Positions 19,972-30,639 are shown, numbered from the stretch's first letter. The stretch: 64,000 nucleotides of DNA from an uncultured Bacillota bacterium (GCA_947650795.1 CANSWR010000001.1:64398-128397); one strand, 5' to 3'. The notes: generated by a model from the letters alone, not told the origin. Program-made: numbers and translations.

Positions 19972-20955
19972 ATGAAATGGAAAATTGGAAACATCACAAT
20001 TAATAATAGAATAGTTTTTGCACCCATGGCAGGAGTCTCTAACATTAGTTATAGACAAATTATTAAAGAGATGGGTGCTGGTTTAATATATTCCGAAATG
20101 ATATCATCCACTGGTATAACATATGGAAGCAAAAAAACAATAAATTTAATTAACTTTAACGAAAGCGAAAGACCAATAAGCATTCAAATATTTGGACACG
20201 ATGTAAATTCATTCATAACTGCCGCAAAATATATTGAAGAGAACTTCCACCCAGACATAATTGACATAAACATGGGATGTCCTGTTCCAAAAGTTGCAAT
20301 AAAATCTCAAGCAGGAAGTGCACTTTTAAAAGATTCAAATAAAATATATGAAATAGTAAAATCTGTGGTAAACAATACAAAAACACCAATCACAGTAAAA
20401 ATAAGAAGTGGTTGGGATGAATCACACATAAATGCAGTAGAAGTAGCAAAAAAAATAGAAGAAGCAGGAGCTAAAGCAATAGCAATACATGCTAGAACTA
20501 GAAGTCAAGGTTACAGTGGAAAAGCAAACTGGAAAATAATAAAAGAAGTAAAAGAAAACGTATCAATACCTGTAATTGGAAATGGCGATATAAAAACTAT
20601 AGAAGATGCGAATGAAATGTTAAAAATTACAAAGTGTGATGCTATCATGATAGGAAGAGCAACACTTGGAAACCCTTGGTTTATAAAAGAATGTGTGGAA
20701 TATATTGAAAATAATAACATTATAGAAAAGCCAACACACATAGAAAAAATACAAATGATTAAAAAACATTATGAATTATTAAAAAAACACGAAAACACAA
20801 AAGTTGCTTTACTAGAAATAAGAACACATGCACTATGGTATCTAAAAAACATACCTAACGTTAAAGAAATAAAAAACGAAATTGTATCTTGTAAAACAGA
20901 AGAAGAATTTAATGAAGTAATAAAAAAATTAGAAACATTAGTATCCCAAAGCTAG
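19972..20955 (+). CDS. dusB: tRNA-dihydrouridine synthase
   Basis: IVFAPMAGVSNISYRQI...GIDINMGCPVPKV belongs to the TIM-barrel Dus family. It is syntenic with lysS, as in Bacillus. Confidence 0.9.
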   Translation: MKWKIGNITINNRIVFAPMAGVSNISYRQIIKEMGAGLIYSEMISSTGITYGSKKTINLINFNESERPISIQIFGHDVNSFITAAKYIEENFHPDIIDINMGCPVPKVAIKSQAGSALLKDSNKIYEIVKSVVNNTKTPITVKIRSGWDESHINAVEVAKKIEEAGAKAIAIHARTRSQGYSGKANWKIIKEVKENVSIPVIGNGDIKTIEDANEMLKITKCDAIMIGRATLGNPWFIKECVEYIENNNIIEKPTHIEKIQMIKKHYELLKKHENTKVALLEIRTHALWYLKNIPNVKEIKNEIVSCKTEEEFNEVIKKLETLVSQS

Positions 20956-21217
20956 TTGACAAACAAACATATTTATTATAAAATATCAACATAAATCGTT
21001 GAGAAAGAAGAGTAATATTAGACACTATTTATAGAAAGCCAAGTATGATGGAAATTGGTAATAAGACTAATATGAATAAAAACTTTTGAGTGGCAAATGC
21101 CCGGTTAATACCGTTACAAATATTGAGAAATCAAGTTATTGATAAATAAGGGTGGTACCACGAATTAAAACTCGTCCCTTAATAACAATAACTTTTTTAT
21201 TTTAAGGAGGAAATATT
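20956..21217 (+). promoter_or_regulatory. T-box riboswitch leader of lysS, with promoter, stem I, F-box, T-box and terminator
   Basis: TTGACA, 17-nt spacer, TAAAAT promoter. Stem I elements GTTGAGAAAGAAGAGTA. F-box CCGTTA. T-box AAGGGTGGTACCACG, followed by a terminator hairpin and a T-run. Confidence 0.7.
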
Positions 21218-22693
21218 ATGAGAGAATTTACAGAACAGGAGACTGTAAGAAGAGAAAAATTAGCTAGCATTAAAGAAATCTGCAACCCTTACCCAGAAAA
21301 ATTTGAACGTACTCACACATTAAAAGAAGCACAACAATTAAAAGATGGAGAAATAAATATATCTTTAGCAGGAAGAATCGTATTTATGAGAAAAATGGGA
21401 AAACTAAGCTTTGTAAAAATTAGAGACTTAGAAGGTAGCATGCAACTAGAAATTAAAATAGATATAATTGGAGAAGAAAAATATGAATTCTTTAAAAAAT
21501 TAATAGACACTGGAGATTTTATAGGCGCTAATGGAGAAATATTTACAACACAAACAGGAGAGAAAACACTTAGAGTTAGCACACTAGAATTTCTAGGAAA
21601 AGCACTGAGACCACTTCCAGAAAAATTTCATGGATTACAAGACACAGAACTTAAATATAGACAAAGATATGTTGACCTTATAACAAATGAAGAAGCAAGA
21701 AACATTTTCCTAGGAAGAAGTAAACTTTATGCGTTTATTCATAAATATTTAGGAGAAAATGGATTTTTACAAGTCGAAACACCAATATTACAAACAGCAG
21801 TATCAGGTGCCTCAGCAAAACCTTTCTTCACACATCATAATGCACTAGACATAGATTGTAACCTTAGAATCGCACCTGAGATTTATTTAAAAGAATGTAT
21901 TGCAGGAGGATTTGATAAAGTCTATGAAATATCAAAATGCTTTAGAAACGAAGGTATGGATACAGAACACTTACAAGAATTTACTCAAGTAGAATGGTAT
22001 GCATCTTACTGGAATTTTGAAGATAACATAAAATTTTATACTAACTTTATAAAAGAACTTATAAAAGAATTAACAGGAACAACCACTATTGAATATCAAA
22101 ATAACACATTAGACTTTGGTAAAGAAAATTGGAATAGAATAAACTATTGTGAAGAAATGAACAAAATTTTTGGTTTTGACTTCTTAAATATAACTGAACC
22201 AGCAGAATTAAAACAAAAAATAGTAGAAAAAGGTTTATTTACTTTACAAGAACTTGAAGAATATCACTCATTAAGTCAAATAATAGACTTCGTATATAAA
22301 AATAAAGTTCGTAAAAACATCATAGAACCAACAATAATTTATAACTATCCAGCAGTTTTAATACCTTTAGCAAGAAGAAACGATGAAGATCCAAGAAGAA
22401 TAGATGTATTTCAAGTAATCGCAGCAGGTACAGAGCTTTGCAAAGCATACTCAGAATTAGTAAACCCTCAAACTCAAAGAGAAACATTTGAAGACCAATT
22501 AAAAGCAAAAAGTCAAGGCGATGATGAAACTATGGACTTAGACGAAAATTTCTTACTAGCTATGGAACAAGGAATGCCACCAATATCTGGATTAGGATTT
22601 GGAATAGACAGACTTATGATGCTAATTTATAATGCACCTTCAATAAGAGATGTAGTATTATTTCCATTAATGAAACCAGAAAATAATAACTAA
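21218..22693 (+). CDS. lysS: Lysine--tRNA ligase (class II)
   Basis: N-terminal OB anticodon-binding domain, class II motifs and a C-terminal GLGFGIDRLMMLI segment. Confidence 0.95.
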   Translation: MREFTEQETVRREKLASIKEICNPYPEKFERTHTLKEAQQLKDGEINISLAGRIVFMRKMGKLSFVKIRDLEGSMQLEIKIDIIGEEKYEFFKKLIDTGDFIGANGEIFTTQTGEKTLRVSTLEFLGKALRPLPEKFHGLQDTELKYRQRYVDLITNEEARNIFLGRSKLYAFIHKYLGENGFLQVETPILQTAVSGASAKPFFTHHNALDIDCNLRIAPEIYLKECIAGGFDKVYEISKCFRNEGMDTEHLQEFTQVEWYASYWNFEDNIKFYTNFIKELIKELTGTTTIEYQNNTLDFGKENWNRINYCEEMNKIFGFDFLNITEPAELKQKIVEKGLFTLQELEEYHSLSQIIDFVYKNKVRKNIIEPTIIYNYPAVLIPLARRNDEDPRRIDVFQVIAAGTELCKAYSELVNPQTQRETFEDQLKAKSQGDDETMDLDENFLLAMEQGMPPISGLGFGIDRLMMLIYNAPSIRDVVLFPLMKPENNN

Positions 22694-22730
22694 TTAAGCT
22701 AAATAAAACAATATAAAATTAACTATAAGA

Positions 22731-22765
22731 ATACATATTAACAGATAGAATATGTATTTTTTTAG
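22731..22765 (+). terminator. Rho-independent terminator after lysS
   Basis: Stem ATACATAT...ATATGTAT followed by TTTTTTT. Confidence 0.55.
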
Positions 22766-22806
22766 TTATGTCATATTTGTAATTTTTGTGAAACTTGCAT
22801 AAAAAC

Positions 22807-22836
22807 TTGTAAAACTTGACAACATTAGTGTATAAT
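22807..22836 (+). promoter_or_regulatory. Promoter of the membrane-protein gene
   Basis: TTGTAA, 18-nt spacer, extended -10 TGTATAAT, then RBS AGGAGG. Confidence 0.45.
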
Positions 22837-22858
22837 TGTACCAGGAGGTAATAATAAA

Positions 22859-24532
22859 ATGAAAACGAACGCAAAGTTCAAAATGATTGCAAGTATAGCA
22901 TCTGTAATTCTAATAGTCGTAGGAATATTTGTACCTGCTAATGTATCTGTTCCTTTAGAACTTATAGGTATGACTACATTATTTGTATTATCTATAATAA
23001 AATGGATTGTTCCATCTGAAAGACATACTCTATTAAAACTATTAGGATTAATGGCACTATACTTAGGAGCGCTAAGTTGGGTAATACCAGCAGCTACATT
23101 CCAATATGGAGAATTACAAAGTATAGGTTTAGAAAGAATGTCATTATTTAATTTAATTGACTATCCTTATCTAGCAGTTCAATTCTTCTTACAACCAATG
23201 TTATTCATATTTGCAGTAGGAGGATTATATGGAGTGTTATCTGAAACAGGAAAATTTAGAAATACACTTGATAAAATAGTTAAAAAATTAAAAGGAAAAG
23301 AAGAATATTTTCTAATTGGATCTTCACTTATACTAACACTTATAAGCTCATTATTTGCAGCTAATGTTACAAATGGAGGTTTATTCGGTCCTAACCTAGT
23401 ATTATTCTTAATAATACCTACAGTATGTGGAATAGTACTATTAATGGGATACGATAAGATGACTGCATTTCTAACAGGATTTATATCACCTATAATTGGT
23501 ATAATTGGAGGAATCTACAGTCCTGCAACTAGCTATATAAATGAAGTAGTTGGAAGCGACTATGGTACAGAACTAATCTGGAAAATTGCTTTACTAGTTA
23601 TATGCTACACTCTTTATCTATTTGTATTATTAAAACAAGCAAAAAAATCTAAAAATAAAAAACTAGACTATGATAAAGAAGAAAAAGATGAAGTAAACAA
23701 AAACAACATACCTTTAATCGGAGAAAAGAAACAAAGCAAAAAATCTAGCTGGCCAATTTATACTATATTAGGATTACTAATAATAGTCATGATTTTAGGA
23801 ATGTTCAACTGGGAAAAAGTATTTGAAATATCATTCTTCACAGACTTACATACATCTATTACAGAATTTGAAATTAAAGATAATGCAATACTAAGTTATT
23901 TAATCGCAGGAATAAATGCTTTTGGAACTTGGACATCATTATCAGAAATAACTGTATTAACACTTGCAGCAACACTTATAATAAGTCTTATATACAAATT
24001 AAATTTTGATACAATAATAAGCTCATTTATAAATGGTGTTAAACAAGTAATTAAACCTGTAATGATAATGACACTAGCTTATACTATAGTTATCATAACT
24101 GCATATAATCCTTACTTCATATCAATAACTGATTGGCTAGTTAATTCACTAGGTGGAGGATTACTTGAAGCTCTTGGCAAAGTTGGATTCCTAAGCGGTG
24201 CTATGGAAACTATATCACAAATTATTTATGTACTAGTTAGTGGTATAGATACAATAATAAGCACAATAATTAATATAGATATACTATATGTAATCCAATC
24301 AGGATTACCATATTTAGTAAAATCTTATCCTGAAGCTGCAAACTCTTTAGCAATCATAACACAATCTTTACATGGATTAACCCTAATTATAGCGCCTACA
24401 TCTGCATTAATGATAGTAGGACTTGAATACTTAGGAATATCTTATAAAGAATGGTTAAAAACAAGTTGGAAATTAGTATTACAATTATTAGCTATTATAC
24501 TAATAATAATCTTAATAATAGTATTAATATAA
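22859..24532 (+). CDS. Polytopic membrane protein, probable secondary transporter (two-domain ion-transporter-superfamily topology)
   Basis: 557 aa with many TM helices. A central Lys-rich cytoplasmic loop splits the protein into two membrane domains. Confidence 0.75.
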   Translation: MKTNAKFKMIASIASVILIVVGIFVPANVSVPLELIGMTTLFVLSIIKWIVPSERHTLLKLLGLMALYLGALSWVIPAATFQYGELQSIGLERMSLFNLIDYPYLAVQFFLQPMLFIFAVGGLYGVLSETGKFRNTLDKIVKKLKGKEEYFLIGSSLILTLISSLFAANVTNGGLFGPNLVLFLIIPTVCGIVLLMGYDKMTAFLTGFISPIIGIIGGIYSPATSYINEVVGSDYGTELIWKIALLVICYTLYLFVLLKQAKKSKNKKLDYDKEEKDEVNKNNIPLIGEKKQSKKSSWPIYTILGLLIIVMILGMFNWEKVFEISFFTDLHTSITEFEIKDNAILSYLIAGINAFGTWTSLSEITVLTLAATLIISLIYKLNFDTIISSFINGVKQVIKPVMIMTLAYTIVIITAYNPYFISITDWLVNSLGGGLLEALGKVGFLSGAMETISQIIYVLVSGIDTIISTIINIDILYVIQSGLPYLVKSYPEAANSLAIITQSLHGLTLIIAPTSALMIVGLEYLGISYKEWLKTSWKLVLQLLAIILIIILIIVLI

Positions 24533-24612
24533 AAATATCACAAAAGTGGTATTTTTTTGTATAAAAATTTCTTAAACATAACAATATAACATAGAATATA
24601 AGAGAGGTGTTT

Positions 24613-26727
24613 ATGAATAAATATACAGAAGAATTAAGGAAAGTACTAAAATGTAGCGAAAACGAAGCTATAGAGAACGGAGATTCACTCGTAGGAAGTG
24701 AGCATATACTATTAAGCATACTAAAAATAGAAACAAGTATATCAGAAACGTTGAAAAAAGAAGGATTAACTTACAACAAAATAAAAAATAAATTAAACAA
24801 AAATACAATAAAAAAAGAATATGTATTCTACAAAAAAGAATTACTGAAAATACTAGAAGAAATAATTATAAAGAAAAATGACTTCGAAAGTGAAATCACA
24901 CTTCCTAATCTAATGAATAAAATACTAGAAAATAACAACACAACAGCTTATAAATTATTAAAATCACTAAATATTGATATAGAAAACTTGAAAAGTAATT
25001 TAATAATTAAAGACATAGATAGTAAATCATTATTAATAAAAGAATTAGCAATTAATTTAAACGACTTAGCAAGAAAAAATGAACTAGACAAAGTTATAGG
25101 AAGAGATAAAGAAATAGAAAGAATTATAGAAGTGTTAGCTAGAAAAAACAAAAACAATCCTATTTTAATAGGAGAAGCAGGTGTAGGTAAAACAGCAATA
25201 GTAGAAGAATTAGCAAGGAGAATAGTATCTGGAGAAGTTCCAAAATTTTTAGAAAACAAAGAAATATTAAATCTTAACATAGCTTCCGTAATCGCGGGCA
25301 CAAAATATAGAGGAGAATTTGAAGAAAAATTATCTAACATAATAAAAGAATTAGAAAACTCCAACAATTTAATATTATTTATAGACGAAATACATACCAT
25401 CGTAGGTGCAGGTGGAGCAGAAGGCGCTATTGATGCTTCCAACATTTTAAAGCCAGCATTAGCTAGAGGAAAAATAAAATGTATAGGAGCTACTACCAAT
25501 AATGAATTTAAAAGCAGTATTGAAAAAGATAAAGCACTTGAAAGAAGATTTCAAAAAATATATGTAAATGAACCTAATTGTGAAGAAACAAAAATAATAT
25601 TAAAGAAAATAAAAAAAGATTACGAAAGATTTCATAACGTAATAATACCAGAAAAAATATTAGATGAGACAATTAAATTATCACAAAAATATATAATTGA
25701 TAGACATGAACCAGATAAAAGTATAGATATATTAGACGAAATATGTGCAAGCACTAGCATTATAGAAAAAACTAATGACTACAAAAAAATTAATAATAAA
25801 ATCGAACAACTTAATAAAGACAAAAATGATTTTTTACTACAAGGAGACATCTTAAATGCTAGTATAACTAAAGAGAAAATAAACGAACTACGTAAAAAAC
25901 TATCTAAAACTAAAAATGAAGAGAACAAAAATAAAGTAACACTTAAAACACTTAAAAAAGTTCTAGAAACAAAAACTAATAGCACAATATTTGAACTTGA
26001 AGATAGAAAATATTTACTAGACTTAAACAAACAACTAAAAAATAAAATAGTTGGCCAAGATGAAGCCATAAATACTCTAACAAATATAACATCGAATTAC
26101 ACAGAAAAAACTAATAATATTCCATATTCAATCTTATTAAAAGGAAATACTGGAACAGGTAAATCTTTAATAACAAAAGAATACTCTAATATATTAAAAT
26201 ATAACTTACTTACACTTGACATGAATGAATACACTACTGAAATATCTATAAACAAACTTATAGGTAGCCCTGCAGGTTATGTAGGATACAATGAAAAAAA
26301 CACAGTATTTGAAAACATAAAAAACTTTCCATTATCAATAATTGTAATAGACAATTATGAACTAGCGCATAAAGATGTTTTAAATACATTATATAAAATA
26401 TTAGAAACAGGAGAACTAAAACTATCTAATAATTCTACAATTAAATTTAATAATACACTATTTATTTTTACAACTACCAATGTAAAAACAAAAGAAAATA
26501 TAGGATTTATTAAGAATAATAATGAAATTAAACATGAAAGTTTTAATGCTACAATTGAATTAAAAGATTTAACAAGAAAAGACATAGAAAAAATAATAAC
26601 AAAGAAAAACAAAAAATTAACATCTAATAAAATAGAAGAAATAATAAATAAATCAGATTATAAAACTTTAGGAGCTAAACGTATAAATACTCTCATTAAT
26701 GAAAATAATATGGAATTTGTAGTATAA
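24613..26727 (+). CDS. Clp/Hsp100-family AAA+ ATPase (ClpC/ClpE-like, divergent D2)
   Basis: Clp_N repeats. D1 Walker A GEAGVGKTA. D2 Walker A GNTGTGKS. The sensor and IGF-like loop are present. The ATG at 24613 has RBS AGAGAGG. Confidence 0.8.
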   Translation: MNKYTEELRKVLKCSENEAIENGDSLVGSEHILLSILKIETSISETLKKEGLTYNKIKNKLNKNTIKKEYVFYKKELLKILEEIIIKKNDFESEITLPNLMNKILENNNTTAYKLLKSLNIDIENLKSNLIIKDIDSKSLLIKELAINLNDLARKNELDKVIGRDKEIERIIEVLARKNKNNPILIGEAGVGKTAIVEELARRIVSGEVPKFLENKEILNLNIASVIAGTKYRGEFEEKLSNIIKELENSNNLILFIDEIHTIVGAGGAEGAIDASNILKPALARGKIKCIGATTNNEFKSSIEKDKALERRFQKIYVNEPNCEETKIILKKIKKDYERFHNVIIPEKILDETIKLSQKYIIDRHEPDKSIDILDEICASTSIIEKTNDYKKINNKIEQLNKDKNDFLLQGDILNASITKEKINELRKKLSKTKNEENKNKVTLKTLKKVLETKTNSTIFELEDRKYLLDLNKQLKNKIVGQDEAINTLTNITSNYTEKTNNIPYSILLKGNTGTGKSLITKEYSNILKYNLLTLDMNEYTTEISINKLIGSPAGYVGYNEKNTVFENIKNFPLSIIVIDNYELAHKDVLNTLYKILETGELKLSNNSTIKFNNTLFIFTTTNVKTKENIGFIKNNNEIKHESFNATIELKDLTRKDIEKIITKKNKKLTSNKIEEIINKSDYKTLGAKRINTLINENNMEFVV

Positions 26728-26766
26728 ACTAAATCAATATGATATAATTAAACAAGGAGAGTGTTT

Positions 26767-27432
26767 ATGGAAACTTTAGGTATATTAATAATTATATTTT
26801 TACCATTAATCGCACAAATTTATATCAGTTCAACATATAGTAGTTGCTTAAAAAAAGAAGCAAGCAAAGGACAAACTGGATTTGATATTGCTAGACAAAT
26901 ATTAGATAAACATGGTTTGCAAGATGTCTTAATACTTGAAACAACTGGAAAATTAACTGACCATTATGATCCATCAAGAAAAGTTGTAAAACTATCTAAA
27001 GCAATATATCAAGGAACTAGCATAGCTTCTAATGCAGTAGCTGCACACGAAGTAGGACACGCATTACAAGACAAAGAAGGTTATACATTCTTAAAAATAA
27101 GAAGTGCACTATTTCCAATAGTTAGCTTAACATCAAGATTTTCATACTTAATAATTATATTAGGATTCTTTTTAGAAGCAGTTAATCTTATATGGTTAGG
27201 CATTATTACAGTAGGTATAGGAATTTTATTTCAAATAGTAACCTTACCAGTTGAATTTAACGCATCCAGTCGAGCACTTAATGAATTAAATGACTTAAAC
27301 CTAGCTGATGACAAAGATATTAACAACTCTAGAAAAATGCTAACAGCTGCTGCATTTACATATGTAGCAAGTACAATAGCAGAATTATTTCAATTATTAA
27401 GATTAATTAATATGGTAAATGATAGAAACTGA
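26767..27432 (+). CDS. YugP-family putative neutral zinc metallopeptidase
   Basis: STYSSCLKKEASKGQTGFDIARQILD...LTDHYDP...AVAAHEVGHALQ (HExxH). The C-terminus is a membrane segment. The ATG at 26767 has RBS AAGGAGA. Confidence 0.8.
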   Translation: METLGILIIIFLPLIAQIYISSTYSSCLKKEASKGQTGFDIARQILDKHGLQDVLILETTGKLTDHYDPSRKVVKLSKAIYQGTSIASNAVAAHEVGHALQDKEGYTFLKIRSALFPIVSLTSRFSYLIIILGFFLEAVNLIWLGIITVGIGILFQIVTLPVEFNASSRALNELNDLNLADDKDINNSRKMLTAAAFTYVASTIAELFQLLRLINMVNDRN

Positions 27433-27437
27433 TAATT

Positions 27438-28586
27438 TCAGTTTTTTATTTTTAAATAAATTCTCCTAAAAATAGAATAAATCTTATACATAAACTTATA
27501 GCATATATATAAAGGCATATTAATTATTAAATCAAACTCCCCTATATATTCAACAACATATCCACCAAATCCACGTTTAAATTCATAAATACCATAATTT
27601 AAAGAATCTTTATCAAAATTACCACTTATTCCACCAAAATCATAAATAGAAATATTATTATTTTTTGCATATTCAATCATTAAATATTGAAGCTTATATT
27701 GAAAATTAAAACTCATATACTCTTTAAAAGTTCCACCATAAACATAATGGACACTATTATTATCAATAAAGAAAACACCTGCTGTAACTGGTATATATTC
27801 TCTATTATCTAACATAATCTTATCATATAACTTATCATCTTTAAATTCACTTAAATATTTATTTCTAATTAAATAAACAACTATAATTTTAACTCTCTCT
27901 TTAAACACTTCCTTAATTCGTTTATAATAATTTAAAGAACGATCAAAACATTCATGTCTCTCGCAAGTATGCTCCATAATAGCTTTAAAATCCAAAATAC
28001 TATTATCATCAACTTCTTTAACAACACATGGATACTTATCACTTTTTCTTAATGATCTTTTACATCTTTTATCCATATTCTTCATGATATCATCACTATT
28101 TTTATAAAAAGACCACCTAAATTGTATCTCTGCATTATAATCCGTTGTAAACCCCTTATGATTATAACCTAAGTTTTTTAAATAATTAACTAACTCATCA
28201 TTAATATTACCAATAACTTCTCCATTTATATCTCTATCACAATACTTTACTAAAGGATCAATCATAAACAAAAATCCATTATTTCTTTTTATGTAATTTT
28301 TAATATTATAAGTAAAAAATTCTAAAACATTGTAATCATCATAATTAGCTAAAATACCTCTAGGAGCATAAAAAATATTTCTATTAAAAATAATACTTTT
28401 ATAAAGTAACAAACTTATTGCTTTATATTCTATTCCATCATAAACAGCAACATACTTTTTTTTCCAACCAGTTAGCTCTTTCAAATATGCCCAACTAACA
28501 CTCTGATAATAATTACTGTTATTATAGTTATTCTCAAGTTTTTTAAATATATCTTCACTTATTTCAATAAATTTCAAATTACTCAT
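27438..28586 (-). CDS. FemAB-family-like (peptidoglycan interpeptide-bridge aminoacyltransferase-like) protein
   Basis: 382 aa. The N-terminal pattern SWAYLKELTGWKKKYVAVYDG...AISLLLYK resembles FemX/MurM. The identification is tentative. Confidence 0.4.
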   Translation of the reverse strand: MSNLKFIEISEDIFKKLENNYNNSNYYQSVSWAYLKELTGWKKKYVAVYDGIEYKAISLLLYKSIIFNRNIFYAPRGILANYDDYNVLEFFTYNIKNYIKRNNGFLFMIDPLVKYCDRDINGEVIGNINDELVNYLKNLGYNHKGFTTDYNAEIQFRWSFYKNSDDIMKNMDKRCKRSLRKSDKYPCVVKEVDDNSILDFKAIMEHTCERHECFDRSLNYYKRIKEVFKERVKIIVVYLIRNKYLSEFKDDKLYDKIMLDNREYIPVTAGVFFIDNNSVHYVYGGTFKEYMSFNFQYKLQYLMIEYAKNNNISIYDFGGISGNFDKDSLNYGIYEFKRGFGGYVVEYIGEFDLIINMPLYICYKFMYKIYSIFRRIYLKIKN

Positions 28587-28724
28587 TTAATACCACCTGT
28601 CTATTAGATCATATATAAATTATACTTTTTATAAAAATAATTTTTTTTAATATTTTCTTATCAAATTCTTAACTTTTTATTAATTTATATATATTTAAAT
28701 AAACAAAAAAACAGCAATTAAATG

Positions 28725-28955
28725 CTATTTTACAAATGGTATAAATCCCATAAATCTTGCACGTTTAACTTGCATTGCAATATATCTTTGATGTTTAGCA
28801 CAAGCACCTGTCATTCTCTTAGGTAAAATTCTACCTTTTTCATTTATATACTTAGTTATAATTGGTACATCTTTATAATCTACACTTTTACCAGCACACA
28901 TTTGACAGATTTTTTTCTTTCTTGGATAAAACTCTTTCATTATTTTCCTCCTCAC
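28725..28955 (-). CDS. rpsR: 30S ribosomal protein S18
   Basis: CQMCAGKSVDYKDV...LPKRMTGACAKHQRYIAMQVKRARFMGFIP. Confidence 0.95.
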   Translation of the reverse strand: MRRKIMKEFYPRKKKICQMCAGKSVDYKDVPIITKYINEKGRILPKRMTGACAKHQRYIAMQVKRARFMGFIPFVK

Positions 28956-28963
28956 TTAAAATA

Positions 28964-29446
28964 TTAAAATGGTAAATCATCATCACTTAGAGAAACTTCA
29001 CTACCAAAATTTTTAAATGGATCTTCGGTTGACACATCTATTCCAGTCTCTGGACTAGGTTCATCCATAAAAACTGAACTAGTAGTGTCTACATACGCAT
29101 TAACTGGAGCTTGAGAAGAATCATCTCTCTTACCACTACTCATAAATTCTACACTATCTGCAATAACCTCTGTGACATATTTCTTGCTGCCATCTTGAGC
29201 ATCATAGCTTCTAGTTTGAATTCTACCTTCACAACCTATTAAACTTCCTTTAGTAACATATCTGCCAACATTCTCAGCTTGTCTACCAAAAACAGAAACA
29301 TTAATAAAATCTGCATCAACATTTCCATCTTTATTTTTAAAAGTTCTATTAATAGCTAATGAAAATGACGCTACCGTATTACCTGTAGGTAAAGTCCTAA
29401 CCTCTGGATCCCTAGTAAGTCTCCCTACTAGTATTACTTTATTCAT
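28964..29446 (-). CDS. ssb: Single-stranded DNA-binding protein
   Basis: MNKVILVGRLTRDPEVR... is an OB fold. The C-terminus is an acidic DDDLPF tail. Confidence 0.95.
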   Translation of the reverse strand: MNKVILVGRLTRDPEVRTLPTGNTVASFSLAINRTFKNKDGNVDADFINVSVFGRQAENVGRYVTKGSLIGCEGRIQTRSYDAQDGSKKYVTEVIADSVEFMSSGKRDDSSQAPVNAYVDTTSSVFMDEPSPETGIDVSTEDPFKNFGSEVSLSDDDLPF

Positions 29447-29447
29447 A

Positions 29448-29735
29448 CTATACTTCCTCTCTTATTATTAAATGTCTTAAAATCTTTTCATCAATTAAAG
29501 CTTTTCTGTCAAATTCATTAACAGCTTCACTCTTACATTCAACATTAAGTAAATGATAGTAACCTCTTAATTGCTTTTTAATTTCATAAGCAAATTTCTT
29601 TTGACCCAAATCTTTAGAACTAACTATATTAGCACCTAAATCAGTTAAAACTTTCTCAAACGACTTAACAGTTTCCTTAACTTCGTCCTCAGTAATATCA
29701 GCTCTTACTATGAACATAATTTCATATTTTTTCAT
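29448..29735 (-). CDS. rpsF: 30S ribosomal protein S6
   Basis: MKKYEIMFIVRADITEDEV...YYHLLNVE. Confidence 0.95.
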   Translation of the reverse strand: MKKYEIMFIVRADITEDEVKETVKSFEKVLTDLGANIVSSKDLGQKKFAYEIKKQLRGYYHLLNVECKSEAVNEFDRKALIDEKILRHLIIREEV

Positions 29736-29921
29736 TATTTCACCTCCTTATGGTCTAATGGCCTCTTAATAAATAAGAAGCAAGGAGCTTTTTGCTCTTT
29801 CGAAGGTATTATAACAAATAAAATACCCTTTGTCTATATAATGTTATGCAAGTAAGTAAAGAACAAAACAAAAAATATCATTATTTTATACAAAAAAAGA
29901 AGTTTCAACTAGAAACAACTT

Positions 29922-30629
29922 TTATTTTTTAATTTTCTTCAACTCTTCATAATACATTGCAGAAGCTACTAAAGTATAAGGAATCACATAAATAAACGCA
30001 ATACCCATAGTAAATGCTGATAACAAATACCATCCTAAAAAGCTTAACCCAAATAGAAATATATCAGCTTTATATCCATATGTTAATCTCTTACTCTCTC
30101 TTAATATTTCCATAATACTCATATTATCATTATCTGCTAAAATATAATTAACTAATGAATAAGATAAATAAGCAATTATTCCAGGAATAATTAATAGTAA
30201 AGACCATAAAACACATATCAAAGATACCAAAAAACTTACTCCAAAGACTAAAAATATTCTTTTATCATAAAACATAAAAATCATATCAAACTTAGCTTCT
30301 TCTTCTCTAACAATCTTTAAAACATAATTTATTAAACCTACTGTTAAAGGTAAAAATATAAAAGTTCTAAATAAATTAGCTACACTATAAATATAAGTAT
30401 CTGTATCTAATAACAAATCAATTATTAACATAGATAAACCCATAATAGCAAACACAAAGAAACTAGCTTTAAATATATTCCAAAAATGTTTATCTAAAAT
30501 TTCCTTAGCACCTTCTTTAAGTCTTACACGATTTATAATACCATTTGAACTATATTTATTAGAACAATTAGGGCATACCCCATTAGTATCTCTTAAATCA
30601 GCTCCACACTCTCCACAATATTTAATCAT
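29922..30629 (-). CDS. Membrane protein with N-terminal zinc-ribbon
   Basis: MIKYCGECGADL...CPNCSN is a zinc ribbon, followed by four to five TM helices. Confidence 0.6.
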   Translation of the reverse strand: MIKYCGECGADLRDTNGVCPNCSNKYSSNGIINRVRLKEGAKEILDKHFWNIFKASFFVFAIMGLSMLIIDLLLDTDTYIYSVANLFRTFIFLPLTVGLINYVLKIVREEEAKFDMIFMFYDKRIFLVFGVSFLVSLICVLWSLLLIIPGIIAYLSYSLVNYILADNDNMSIMEILRESKRLTYGYKADIFLFGLSFLGWYLLSAFTMGIAFIYVIPYTLVASAMYYEELKKIKK

Positions 30630-30639
30630 AAAAAGTCTC

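Noticed and set aside
13936-26612. Assorted antisense ORFs (13936-14211, 15817-16029, 16062-16289, 17714-17899, 18663-18845, 19855-20058, 20511-20741, 21313-21582, 22320-22508, 24495-24719, 24948-25499, 25779-26069, 26355-26612)
   Set aside because: Each lies inside, and antisense to, a confidently identified gene (dagK, Abi, rpsI, dusB, lysS, ClpC-like and others). The translations are low-complexity, as expected for AT-rich antisense frames.
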